A DNA stretch of 64,000 bases from Rhizophagus irregularis (lineage: Eukaryota): the NCBI RefSeq assembly GCF_026210795.1, contig NC_089432.1, positions 2,232,001 to 2,296,000 of the forward strand, read 5' to 3'. The notes below the pieces were generated by a model, which made no database searches, was not told the origin of the DNA, and saw nothing but the letters and a program-made list of their open reading frames with translations. Below, piece by piece: positions 1 to 10,066 of the stretch. Position 1 is the stretch's first letter. Each line of letters opens with the position of its first letter. Both the position numbers and the translations under genes were made by a program.

Positions 1-146
1 TCTGTGATACGTAACAATTAATAAAAGGCTGAAAATGATCGACAAGTGACTGTTTTGGTAATAAAAGCCAATACTGTGAATACAAAATTTTTTTCACAGA
101 TATATTGTTACTAAAGCATAAGTCTTCTAACTTCTGCAATTTCAAG

Positions 147-869
147 ATGTCTGGATCTTTTACACCTACAATAGTTACCAGAAATTCATATAATGAATAT
201 ATTAATTGGATTGAAGAAGCTATTACGAAACAATACTTTAAATACTATGAATATAATAATTTTAACAACATTGAAGAAGGAAGCTTCGGAACAGTCTACC
301 GTGAAAACTGGAAAAATGCTTCAAGTTATATAGCGTTAAATCTTTTTTTAATTTAAACAATGTTACAATTAAAGAAATTGTTAATGAGGTAATAATAACG
401 TAATATAAGTAGCTAATTTAGGAAATTGCTATTGGAATGGAGACAGAACTGATGTCGATAAAAAGAAGGCATTTGAATCATATCAAAAGGCAGCAAACTT
501 AGATGATGCTAATGGAATATTTAATTTAGGATATTGTTACCAATATGGAATTGGAACTGATGTTAATAAAAAAAGGGCATTTGAATTATTTCAAAAGGCT
601 TCAAATTTAGGAGATTCATCTGGAATATGTGGTTTAGGATATTATTATGATAATTGAATTGGAGCTGATATCAATAATAAAAGAGCATTTGAATTATATC
701 AAAATGCAGCAGATTTAGGAAATAGTATTGCTCAATATAATCTTGCTTTAATGTATGAATATGATATTGGAATTGATAAAAATAAGGATCTAACACTATA
801 TTAGCTTAAAAAATCTGCAGAGCAAGGAGACAGTATATTGCTCAGAAGAGACTAAAGAAATTTAAATAG
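147..869 (+). pseudogene. Kinase-Sel1 paralogue 1, pseudogene with the kinase core deleted
   Basis: Exon 1 ([18 protein letters not shown]..) is homologous to 17920-18162 but has a 9-nt deletion in the Gly loop and a frameshift. Intron 1 runs directly into Sel1 repeats at ~408, and those repeats contain in-frame stops. Confidence 0.85.
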
Positions 870-1459
870 TATGTTTATTAATTCAATTTATAAGACTTTT
901 GTAATTAATATATTGATGTCTTTTTAAGAAATAATATTTTATTTTATTTTATTTTGACTAATAAAGTTTACAGTTTATTTGATGATAATATCAAATAAAA
1001 GTAATGATTAAATAAGTTCCAAAATAATTAACATTATACTTTATACATGCAGAATTAGGAATATTAACTGTCAGTTTCAAGTTTAAAACCATGGTTTTCA
1101 ATCAAAACAAAACTGACCTCAAAACTGACTGATAAAAACTGAACTGCAAAATTGATCTACAAAACTGAATAAAAGTATAACTTTGTTTAATCATGTTCTT
1201 TGAATTTACTTGATTTTCTTTACAATGGTAATACAGATCATGTGATTTTTTGGTGATGCAACCAATCACAAAATCAACACACTTAACGACCATAAAAGCA
1301 GGATTTGTTTCCTGATTTGTGCACATGACCCGGATGATTATTTTAAACTTTTTTATTGATCTATCAAACAATCAAACAACACCACCTTTTCTTTCTTTTA
1401 CCAAATTTATATAACTAAAAAAATTTGTCTGACGTTTGGATTAGTCTCTGTATCAGTAA

Positions 1460-2205
1460 TTTGAATTGTGTAACTTGAAATAATTAAACCCCGTGACATG
1501 CCTCCGCTTGATCTATTTATTGTCAATAACTGTGTGCATTCCAATCAACTAATCCGATTTCAGTTAATAAAATATTACCTTAATCGGAATTTTTTTTTTG
1601 ATTCCCGTTAAATAATCCCTATTATTTTTTTTCGATCTTTTTTTTTAGACCGTATTGTTATTTTTCTTTAAAAAAATTTTTTTTTCACTCTTTTTGGATC
1701 GGATTATTGTCCTTTTTTTCAGAATTTTTTTTCGTACTTATTTTTTATTTTCGTACTTATTTTTTATTTTTGGATTCCTTTTTTCGGAAATTTCCCTTTT
1801 TTTTAAACTGATTTCTTTCTTTATACTTTTTCTTCCCCCAAATTTTTTTTAAATTCATTTTATTATTAAATAAAAAATAAAATATTATATTAAATATATT
1901 TACAAAATTATTATTTTTTTTTAAAAAAATCAATATAACATATGGGAAAATTGACCGACGTTGATGGAAAGATGAGTAAGATTTTTTAAATTAAATTGAA
2001 TGCTGGATAAATAGTTTTATTTTCAAATTCATAAAAATCAAAAAAAATTGATTTTTTTACATACTTTATAATTAATTAATTGAAGAATTTGTTGATTTAA
2101 TAATAGATTATTATAACCAAATCCATATCCAAAATTCTCTAAATAATCACCAAATTTTTGAATAAATATTTTAATTCAAGTGGTTTAGTTAAATTAATAA
2201 TTTTT
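1460..2205 (+). repeat. Dispersed non-coding repeat; diverged inverted copy at ~41772-42533
   Basis: Shared blocks such as TGTGCATTCCAATCAACTAATCC and ATTATTATAAxCAAATCCATAT appear as reverse complements at ~42470 and ~41850. Confidence 0.75.
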
Positions 2206-2359
2206 GGGCAAAATGAGTACCAAAAGAATAATAATAAATGAAATGAATAGATTCTAATACATTTAATTATACAAATATTTTTCCTAAGTTGGTTATAAGT
2301 TTAAGATTGACGTAATATAAAATAAGAAATAATTATAAAAGGGTTTAAAATTTAAACGC

Positions 2360-3563
2360 TGAGATCCCCCGATTCCCCCTGTCATCAATTTACAAGGTTG
2401 CCACATCGAACGGGCATTCTCATGGTCGAACGAACGAATGAGAACAAACAAACGAACGAACGAACAATTAAACGAACAAGCGATTAATCAACAACATAAT
2501 TAACAAGCGACACAATCACCGAACAATACACGTCAATATACAACAACATTCTTGGTTCACAACATAAATAGCGTTAGTAATATAAAACGTTGAACGGTAT
2601 AAAATAAAATTAACTTCTCTGAATTTTCCTCAATTTATATCCACTTTTACCTTTAATTTCAAACTTCGATAGCTCTCGCTACGAATTATTACTCTTCAAA
2701 AACATATATTTAATTCATCTTAACATTTTCATTTATTTAATTAAAATTAATTAAGCGAACATTAATTAAAGTTTAGGGCGAACCTATTACCTTTAATTAA
2801 CATTAAACTTCATTAACAAATAATTAAATGAAACTTATATTTTTATTGAGTTCTGTGGATGAGAACTGTGGAATTACTTTGAATTCCGTTCTCTATATAT
2901 ACAATTTTTATGCTACTTTCTATTCTATCTATATACTATCTTTTATGTTCTTTACATATTATCTTTGAACTATCTTTCTAATATACTATCTATATTTTAA
3001 ATACGCAAATATTACATCGTAAAGAAATAATTTATAACCCATCTTTTATGGCTGTGCTATCTTTTCTTTAAAATAATCTTTCAAATATTATGTCGTAAAG
3101 ATATAATTCATCTTTTGTGGCTGTGTTATCTTTTATATATGTTCTTTTTAATATGTTATCTTTTATATTCCATCTTTATGCCATCTTTTCATATTATCTT
3201 GTATATTATTTTGTGTTCTCCAATCTTTCCGACATTATTTTATATATTCTTTTAATCCACTTTATGTGTTTCGCTCATAATCTACCTTTTGTGGCTTATA
3301 ATTATTCTTTCTTGTCGTTCTCATTGTTAAAGATCGCTAAGCCGCAAATGATCGACTCTATTTATCCTATTGGTTCTTTGTCAATCATTCAATAAATATT
3401 ACATCATGTAGATCATTACTCTTCTTAAATGTTTATCCTTTTCGGCTAATTATTTATCCATCCACGCCAATCCACGATTAATTCGTTCGTTCTTAATACT
3501 TGATAATTACATTTGGTGGTTGAATTTTATCTTCTTTTCGTACTTGATATTTGGCCGTTTACA
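2360..3563 (-). repeat. 3' LTR (1204 bp)
   Basis: Direct repeat of 11643-12846 at a constant offset of 9283. No differences seen by eye, and the internal ORFs at 3117 and 12400 translate identically. Confidence 0.97.
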
Positions 3564-3577
3564 TTATCCCCCTCTTC
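3564..3577 (-). promoter_or_regulatory. Polypurine tract
   Basis: The minus strand reads GAAGAGGGGGATAA immediately before the TG of the 3' LTR. Confidence 0.85.
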
Positions 3578-3639
3578 GCTATTTGTGACCTCACAAATAA
3601 CTTTAAAAGAATCAAACTCGGGTCTCGTTCATAATAATT

Positions 3640-3870
3640 CTAATTGAATCGAACTCGGGTCTTATCGAATACCTCTTTTCCTTTGATTACTATTTTTGGT
3701 GTAAATTCCCTTCGATCATAAAATTTCTTTAACCATTCTCCATTTTGTGGTGTTTTCAATATTCTTCCGTCTAATTCTTTGAGTTTATATGCTCCATTTC
3801 CAAATTCTTCGTGAATTAAATATGGTCCTTTCCATTTGTTCTGTATTTTTAGTTCTGTGCTCTTCTCCAT
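3640..3870 (-). pseudogene. Integrase C-terminal (GPY/F, SH3-like) remnant
   Basis: KWKGPYLIHEEFGNGAYKLKELDGRILKTPQNGEWLKKFY is the Ty3/Gypsy GPY/F module. No HHCC or DDE core lies upstream. The frame is -1 relative to pol, with a TAA five codons before the ATG. Confidence 0.8.
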
Positions 3871-5963
3871 TTCTCCACCTCTTTAAATACTTTTCTCCAA
3901 CTACTATTGTCGTTTTTAACTTTTACTCGACTGTATCTTTTAGTATCTTTGTACACGCCCTGATTTTCTTCAAACATTCTAACCATGTCCAAATATTCAT
4001 CCTTCTTTAATGTTGGATATGATGATTTTTCCGTTTTCTTTGTTTCTCTTCCAATGTAATTTTTCCAACATACGTCGCCATCTTTTTCTAAAAATATCAC
4101 TATTGATTTATCTATTGTTTCTTTCAATCTGAATATTTCTTTTTCCATCTCATGATTTCCATGCGGAGTAATTAATCCTCTGTCAAAACTTTTCGTCTTT
4201 TGATAATAATATTCACAATATGGTGATTTGTCTAAAATTATTATATCTGTATCTTCATCGTATTCTACCATTCTTCTATTTATTTGTTCCACTACTTCTT
4301 TTCTGAATTTCCATTCTGTATCCATCTTCGATTCGTGAAATTCATCTTTATCTTTTCTTCTTCTTTTATAAGTATTGAATCTTACTTTTAATCCTTGTTC
4401 TTCCCATTCTTTAATTAAATTTTGTACTATACTTGTTTTTCCCAATCCGTCTACTCCATCGATTATTACTATCTCTGGTTGTTCCTCCACTATCTTCAAT
4501 AATCTACTTAGTGCGTCGGCGTTCGTATTTTCTTTTCCCGACCTATGTACTACTTCGAAATTATATTGCTGTAATTCCATTACCCATCTTGCTCTTCTTC
4601 CTTTCGGTATTTTTGCGTTCATTAATCCTTTTAATGCACTGTGATCTGTTATTACTTTAAATTTTCTATCGATTAAATACTTATGAAAATGTTGAATTCC
4701 CCAAACTATTCCTAAACATTCCAATTCTGTTATCGGGTAATTTTCTTCTGCTGGTAATAAACTTCTACTTGCATATGCTATTACTACTTCTTTTCCTTTT
4801 TCATCTTTTTGACTTAATACTGCACCTAATCCTTTTCCTGATGCATCTGTTATTAATAGAAATTCTTTCTTCCAATCTGGATGTCGCAATATTGGATATT
4901 GTATTAACTTTTCTTTTAATTTTTCAAACGCTTCTTGTTGTTCTTTTCCCCAAATGAAAGGTACTCCTTTCTTTCTCAAGTCGCTTATTGGTCTTGCTAT
5001 CTTTGAAAAATTCTTCACAAATTTTCTGTAATATGAACAAAGTCCTAAAAATGATCTTACTTCTTTCACCGTTGTTGGTGCCTTCATTTCTTTTATCTTT
5101 TCTATCTTTTTATCGTCCGGCCTCAATCCATCATTTCCTACTATATGTCCTAAAAATTCTATATTTCTTTCCAAAAATCTACATTTCTTTAATTTTATTA
5201 TCAAATTATTCTCCTGTAACTTCTTTAATACTTTTTCCACATGTTCCATATGGTCTTTCAAATTTCCTGAATATATCATAATATCGTCAATATATACTAC
5301 CACAAAATCGTTTATGTATTCTTCTAATATTTCATCCATTAATCTTTGAAATGTTGCTGGTGCATTCGTTAAACCGAACGGCATTACATTATATTCAAAC
5401 AATCCTTTCGAACATACAAATGCTGTTTTTTCTTTGTCTTCTTCTTTCATCTCTACTTGATTAAATCCTGCTGCTAAATCTATACTTGAAAACCATTTTG
5501 CTTTTCTATATTTGTCTAATAATTCATCCATTCTTGGTAAAGGAAAACTATCCATTATAGTTATCTTGTTTAACTTTCTATAATCAATACAGAATCTATA
5601 TTTGCCCGTTTTCTTTCCTGCTAACGTAACCGGTGAACTCCATGGACTTTTTGATTTCCTTATCCTTCCTTGTTTTAACAATTTATCCACTTCTTCGCTT
5701 ATAAATTTTGCCTTTTCATCTGTTTCTTTGTATCTTCTTTGCTTTATTGGTTCTACCCCCTCTTTTATCTTTATTTCATGTTGTGCTGCTTTTGTTCTTC
5801 CTTCTATTTCCCCGTCATATTCCAAAATATCTTGGTATTCTAATAGTAATTTTACCATATTTTCCCAAATTGGTTCTTCTACTTTCCCTATACTTAGTTT
5901 TTGCATAAATTTTTCACTTGGTTCGAGCATCTTTTCCGTCTCTCTCTTCAGAGCCAAGACTCT
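3849..5963 (-). CDS. pol: Pol: reverse transcriptase - RNase H - P-loop NMP/deoxynucleoside kinase-like domain
   Basis: RT motifs SPWSSP, RFCIDYRKLN, MPFGLTNAPATFQ, YIDD (5283-5294). RNase H motifs LITDASG, ELECLGI, TDHSAL, NADALSR. These are followed by IVIIDGVDGLGKTS (Walker A, 4431-4460) and IIILDKSPYCEYYYQ. Confidence 0.93.
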   Translation of the reverse strand, partial: RVLALKRETEKMLEPSEKFMQKLSIGKVEEPIWENMVKLLLEYQDILEYDGEIEGRTKAAQHEIKIKEGVEPIKQRRYKETDEKAKFISEEVDKLLKQGRIRKSKSPWSSPVTLAGKKTGKYRFCIDYRKLNKITIMDSFPLPRMDELLDKYRKAKWFSSIDLAAGFNQVEMKEEDKEKTAFVCSKGLFEYNVMPFGLTNAPATFQRLMDEILEEYINDFVVVYIDDIMIYSGNLKDHMEHVEKVLKKLQENNLIIKLKKCRFLERNIEFLGHIVGNDGLRPDDKKIEKIKEMKAPTTVKEVRSFLGLCSYYRKFVKNFSKIARPISDLRKKGVPFIWGKEQQEAFEKLKEKLIQYPILRHPDWKKEFLLITDASGKGLGAVLSQKDEKGKEVVIAYASRSLLPAEENYPITELECLGIVWGIQHFHKYLIDRKFKVITDHSALKGLMNAKIPKGRRARWVMELQQYNFEVVHRSGKENTNADALSRLLKIVEEQPEIVIIDGVDGLGKTSIVQNLIKEWEEQGLKVRFNTYKRRRKDKDEFHESKMDTEWKFRKEVVEQINRRMVEYDEDTDIIILDKSPYCEYYYQKTKSFDRGLITPHGNHEMEKEIFRLKETIDKSIVIFLEKDGDVCWKNYIGRETKKTEKSSYPTLKKDEYLDMVRMFEENQGVYKDTKRYSRVKVKNDNSSWRKVFKEVEKWRRAQN

Positions 5964-6473
5964 CTATTTAAAATTCTGGTGCATTTTGAATACCTCTCCT
6001 TCATCGTTGCTTTCATATTCTTCATCGTCTTCGCTCTCCTCACTTTCATATACCTCCCTTTCGTATCCTACTGGAATTGTTATTATTTCTCCCTGTTCTT
6101 CCATTCTTAAGGTATGATCTTCAAAATTTATTTTTGCATTATATAACTTCCATATATCATTTCCCAAAATTAGATCCTCTTCTTCTGAATCGATTACTTC
6201 AACTTCTCTTAGTATTTCCAATTCATCTTTGTATCTCAAAGTTATATTTGCCTTTCCTAACGCTGCTATCTTTTGCCCATTTGCTATTGTACATCTAAAT
6301 TTACTTTTTCCAAATATAGGTATATTCAATCTTCTTCTTAATTTATCTGTTATCACGCTTACTGCTGCTCCGGTATCTATTATTACGCTCACTAATTGAT
6401 CTTCAACTTCTAATTCTGTTCTCATTGCTGTAGTTTTCTTCTCTTCATTTTTCATAGTTCCCACCGAGTGTAG
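5964..6473 (-). CDS. Retropepsin aspartic protease, in frame with both gag and RT
   Basis: VIIDTGAAVSVI catalytic motif and LILGND motif. Bounded by the gag TGA (6474-6476) and a TAG (5964-5966) in the same frame. Confidence 0.9.
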   Translation of the reverse strand, partial: LHSVGTMKNEEKKTTAMRTELEVEDQLVSVIIDTGAAVSVITDKLRRRLNIPIFGKSKFRCTIANGQKIAALGKANITLRYKDELEILREVEVIDSEEEDLILGNDIWKLYNAKINFEDHTLRMEEQGEIITIPVGYEREVYESEESEDDEEYESNDEGEVFKMHQNFK

Positions 6474-8117
6474 TCAATTTTTTTCGTTTATACTTCTTGG
6501 TCTATATGTTCCTTCTCTCAATTGTTTATGATACTTAACATTCCCGTTTATTAATTGTCCATATGTTATATTCGCTCTACAATTTTTCACGTCTTCCACA
6601 ATATCATAAGGTGGTATTCCGTCAGTTAATCTTGGTCCATACTCTCTGGGTTTTGTTGGTCCTCCTGCTTCTCTCCATTTTCTTAGTCCTTCTGTTGGGT
6701 CGTAATAAGCTTGTCTTTTATTACTCCATCTCATTCCTTTTGGTCCTATTGGTCTACCCCCATTTTGTTCTGTGCGTTCAGGTATATAATTTGGTGCCGT
6801 TGTACCACTTGGCATTTCTCTATCATCCATTCTATTTCCTGCTTCCCTTAATTCTTCTTGTAAATTTCCCTCTTCATTATTATTTTTATATCCCACTATT
6901 GGACTCGTTCTTCTTGATTGTCTTCTTCCTTTTACTGCGTCATCTTTTGCGTATAATTCATTATGATAATTTAATTCTCCATCTTCATAATCATCGTAAT
7001 AGCCTTGTGTGTAATATATTCCGTTATATTGTGGTTCCTCGTATCCATATTCATCATAATAATATTCTTCTTGATCATCATATTCGTCTATCATATTTAC
7101 TCTTGCATTCCTTCCTTCGGGACAATTATTCTTGTAATGCCCCACTCTATTACATCCGAAACACGTTGGTACCCTATTCTGATTTGGTTGATAACTATTC
7201 CTATTACCATTATTTAATCTCCTTCCCATATTTGGTCGATACCTATTCCTATTATCGTCATTTAATCTTCTCTCCATATTTGCTACCATTCTTTCTAATT
7301 TACTAATTTTCGCCTTCTCTTTAAACATTTCAGCTAATTCGTCCTCATAATTTTCGTTCAATGGTTTTGCGAACATATTTTGTCTATTGTCATCTTTTCC
7401 GATATCTATCTTCGTACTAATTGGTATTCCTATTGCTTTTCTTAAAAATTCGTCTTTTGCACCTTCTTCTCTTACTGCTATTTCTATCGCCCCATTTAAG
7501 TTCGCTGGATTCTGTCTTCTAACTTGATATCCTATTGTTGGTTCTAATCCTTCGATGTAAAAATCTACTTGATATTCATCTGCTAATGCATGTCCTCTAG
7601 TTGCTATTCTTAATATTTGTCTAAATCTTCTTGTATATTCTTCAACACTTTCATTTGTTTCTTGTCGAGTTTTTCTTAATTCTAGCATTTTCTTTCTTCT
7701 AACATCCTCTCTGGTAAATCTTCTTTTTATTCTATGCTTTAAATCATTATCATTATCTGCATCTGCCCAATTCACTAAGTGACCTGCATTTACTTCTTTC
7801 ATTTCATTATACCATTGTGCTGCTGCTCCTCTTAAATGTGCTGCTGCGTATACCGCTTGTCTTACGCCATTAGCTCCCGCTGCTTTTCCGACTGCTGCAA
7901 ATGCTACATCGAATTGTCTAACCCAATCAGTAACATCTTCATCTTCTCTTCCATAAAAGAGTGGTATACTAATTGTTCCTCCTGCTTCATTTCCTGCATT
8001 TTCGATCCTATCTATCAAACTTCCTCCTGCTCCTACTGCTGCGTTCAAAGTATTAGCCGGATAGCCTAAAGCGTTCTCTATCAATCTCTTTACTTGATCC
8101 TCGGTTGCCATATTCAA
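6474..8117 (-). CDS. gag: Gag (capsid-like domain + CCHC zinc knuckle)
   Basis: Capsid-like motifs FYGREDED..WVRQF, HLRGAAAQWY and QETNESVEEYTRRF; knuckle CFGCNRVGHYKNNC. First ATG at 8111. Confidence 0.92.
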   Translation of the reverse strand: MNMATEDQVKRLIENALGYPANTLNAAVGAGGSLIDRIENAGNEAGGTISIPLFYGREDEDVTDWVRQFDVAFAAVGKAAGANGVRQAVYAAAHLRGAAAQWYNEMKEVNAGHLVNWADADNDNDLKHRIKRRFTREDVRRKKMLELRKTRQETNESVEEYTRRFRQILRIATRGHALADEYQVDFYIEGLEPTIGYQVRRQNPANLNGAIEIAVREEGAKDEFLRKAIGIPISTKIDIGKDDNRQNMFAKPLNENYEDELAEMFKEKAKISKLERMVANMERRLNDDNRNRYRPNMGRRLNNGNRNSYQPNQNRVPTCFGCNRVGHYKNNCPEGRNARVNMIDEYDDQEEYYYDEYGYEEPQYNGIYYTQGYYDDYEDGELNYHNELYAKDDAVKGRRQSRRTSPIVGYKNNNEEGNLQEELREAGNRMDDREMPSGTTAPNYIPERTEQNGGRPIGPKGMRWSNKRQAYYDPTEGLRKWREAGGPTKPREYGPRLTDGIPPYDIVEDVKNCRANITYGQLINGNVKYHKQLREGTYRPRSINEKN

Positions 8118-8218
8118 TATATTCTCTTGAAATAAATCTTGTAAATTATAATCAGATAATTCACTTTCGTTGTCAGAATTTTTAATATTTAATGAACTAT
8201 TCGTATCTGAATTTTGAC

Positions 8219-10066
8219 TTAAATCGCTATCCCTCTATTTATACCATTTTCAACTTCATCTTCAAACTCTTCTTCGTTAAAATTTTCAATATCTTCATCC
8301 CATCTTTCATCCGGACTTAGTATTTCTCCAATCTTTTCTGAATCATCTGTATTATCTTCTTCTGATTCTTCATTATCGCTTCTTTCGCCACTTTCTTCAC
8401 TATCTATTATTCCCGCTTGTTCTTTCAACAACTTATCTAATTTTTTCTTCAATTCTTTTTCCAACTCATCTTTATTTTCTTGAAAGATTTCAATGAATTC
8501 TTTATCTAAAATTTCTCCATCTGTATATCCCATACTAGTTAATCTCAACAATTCTTCTTCAGTTATTATTGTTCCAATATCTTCAAAAATCTTCTGTAAT
8601 CTTTTTACCCGATCATCAATTTCATCGATATTTTCTTCTTCACAATCTTTGCATACCATTCCTCTTACTCTAGACATATCATCCATCCATCCCAATCTAA
8701 ACATATCATTCATCCATCTTATTTCACATCTTTCACACCAAGTTGTATTCTTGTTTAACCACTTATGAATTTCTTTTCTTAATTCTTTATCTTCCAAATC
8801 TATCATTTCCATATATTCTTCCACAAATTCTTTAGTTACTATTATTCGATTATTTACCCCAAAACTCTTCATTCTTTGAATTTCTGACACATCTATTTCA
8901 TATCCCAATTTTTCTAAGTTGTTTCTTAATTCTATTAGCTCATCTTGTTCATTCTTCTGCGCTTCTTTAACACATTCCCCGCATTCGCTATCCGCTTCGT
9001 CCATTTCAAACCTTCTATTACCACATTTTTCACATCTTATTGTTTCTTTTTCTAACCATTCTTTTATCCTCAATTCTTTTTCCCTTTCATCCAATTCCTC
9101 TATCTCTTGAATTTTATCCATAAATATTCTCGTTACCAATATATCCATTTCTATCATCAACTTTATTCCTATTTTCCAAATGTACCTCAGTTGATCTTCA
9201 TCCATAACATTTGACCTTCTTCTTAATTCACTAAATTTCCATGATTTATCTCCTATTATTATCTCTAATTCTTCCTCGGAATCATTTTCCAATTCGTAAC
9301 TTGCTGGACTATCTTCACTTTCTGAATCTTCTGGCTCTTTTGTAAATCCCCTAGTATCTATAAATATTCTTATTATCTTTTGCATCATATTCTTGTGATA
9401 TTCGTGAACATTTTCTATATGTATGTTCTCATATTCTATTTTGGACATTAGTTCCTTTACTTTCTCCTCATTCATAGCTATTCCTTCTTCTTCATATAGT
9501 AACTCCCTAAACGTCTCTATTGCTCCTGTCTTTACTCGTAATGGTCCAATTTCTTTTGATGTGATTCTATACCATTGCCAAAATTTCTCAAACCTTCTTT
9601 CAACATCCCAATCTTCCAAAATATATTTGTGTTCTATTAATTCAGGATTTCCAATTAATCTATCAAATACTTCATTCCCCAGATTTCTTTCAATACAGTC
9701 TCTTACAATTACTAATATAATTGTTCGTAATCCCCTTTCTTTCATTTTTGGTTGTATTCTATATCTTATTGATTCCGTTATTCTATCCATTATGTCTCTA
9801 CATTTCCCTTTATGTATTGTATCTTCCCTTTCTGAATTATTCATACTTAATAAATCTAATACTCCCTTAATCGTTACGTCATTGTATATTATTATTGCAT
9901 CTTCAAATTTAAATAACGCGTCCCAAAATTTCTTGAATACTATTGGTTCATTTACTATTGGATAACATAATTCACAATTTAAACATTCATCCAATTCTTC
10001 CGTTCCCAATTCGTGTTCCTCTTTATGTGTTCTATATTCGCTTTCCCATTGATGGTACCATTCCAT
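8219..10066 (-). CDS. Extra ORF upstream of gag (615 aa, acidic, CxxC pairs, internal ~100-aa repeats); function unknown
   Basis: Long open frame co-oriented with gag inside the LTRs. Contains CLNCELC, CEKC..CGEC and CERC..CKDC. Confidence 0.8.
   Translation of the reverse strand: MEWYHQWESEYRTHKEEHELGTEELDECLNCELCYPIVNEPIVFKKFWDALFKFEDAIIIYNDVTIKGVLDLLSMNNSEREDTIHKGKCRDIMDRITESIRYRIQPKMKERGLRTIILVIVRDCIERNLGNEVFDRLIGNPELIEHKYILEDWDVERRFEKFWQWYRITSKEIGPLRVKTGAIETFRELLYEEEGIAMNEEKVKELMSKIEYENIHIENVHEYHKNMMQKIIRIFIDTRGFTKEPEDSESEDSPASYELENDSEEELEIIIGDKSWKFSELRRRSNVMDEDQLRYIWKIGIKLMIEMDILVTRIFMDKIQEIEELDEREKELRIKEWLEKETIRCEKCGNRRFEMDEADSECGECVKEAQKNEQDELIELRNNLEKLGYEIDVSEIQRMKSFGVNNRIIVTKEFVEEYMEMIDLEDKELRKEIHKWLNKNTTWCERCEIRWMNDMFRLGWMDDMSRVRGMVCKDCEEENIDEIDDRVKRLQKIFEDIGTIITEEELLRLTSMGYTDGEILDKEFIEIFQENKDELEKELKKKLDKLLKEQAGIIDSEESGERSDNEESEEDNTDDSEKIGEILSPDERWDEDIENFNEEEFEDEVENGINRGIAI

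Noticed and set aside
3117..3395. 92-aa hydrophobic ORF duplicated at 12400-12678
   Set aside because: It lies within the LTRs, antisense, in T-rich low-complexity sequence. The duplication is just the LTR.
3870..3890. Programmed frameshift fusing the kinase domain to the GPY/F remnant at TTTAAAG
   Set aside because: The heptamer is not phased as X XXY YYZ in the pol frame, and the -1 frame has TAA at that point.
6474..6486. A AAA AAT slippery heptamer before the gag stop (-1 frameshift)
   Set aside because: The -1 frame hits TGA about ten codons later, whereas the protease is in the 0 frame.
3789..9965. Many + strand ORFs over the LTR element interior
   Set aside because: These are antisense shadows of purine-rich gag/pol/ORF0 with no motifs.
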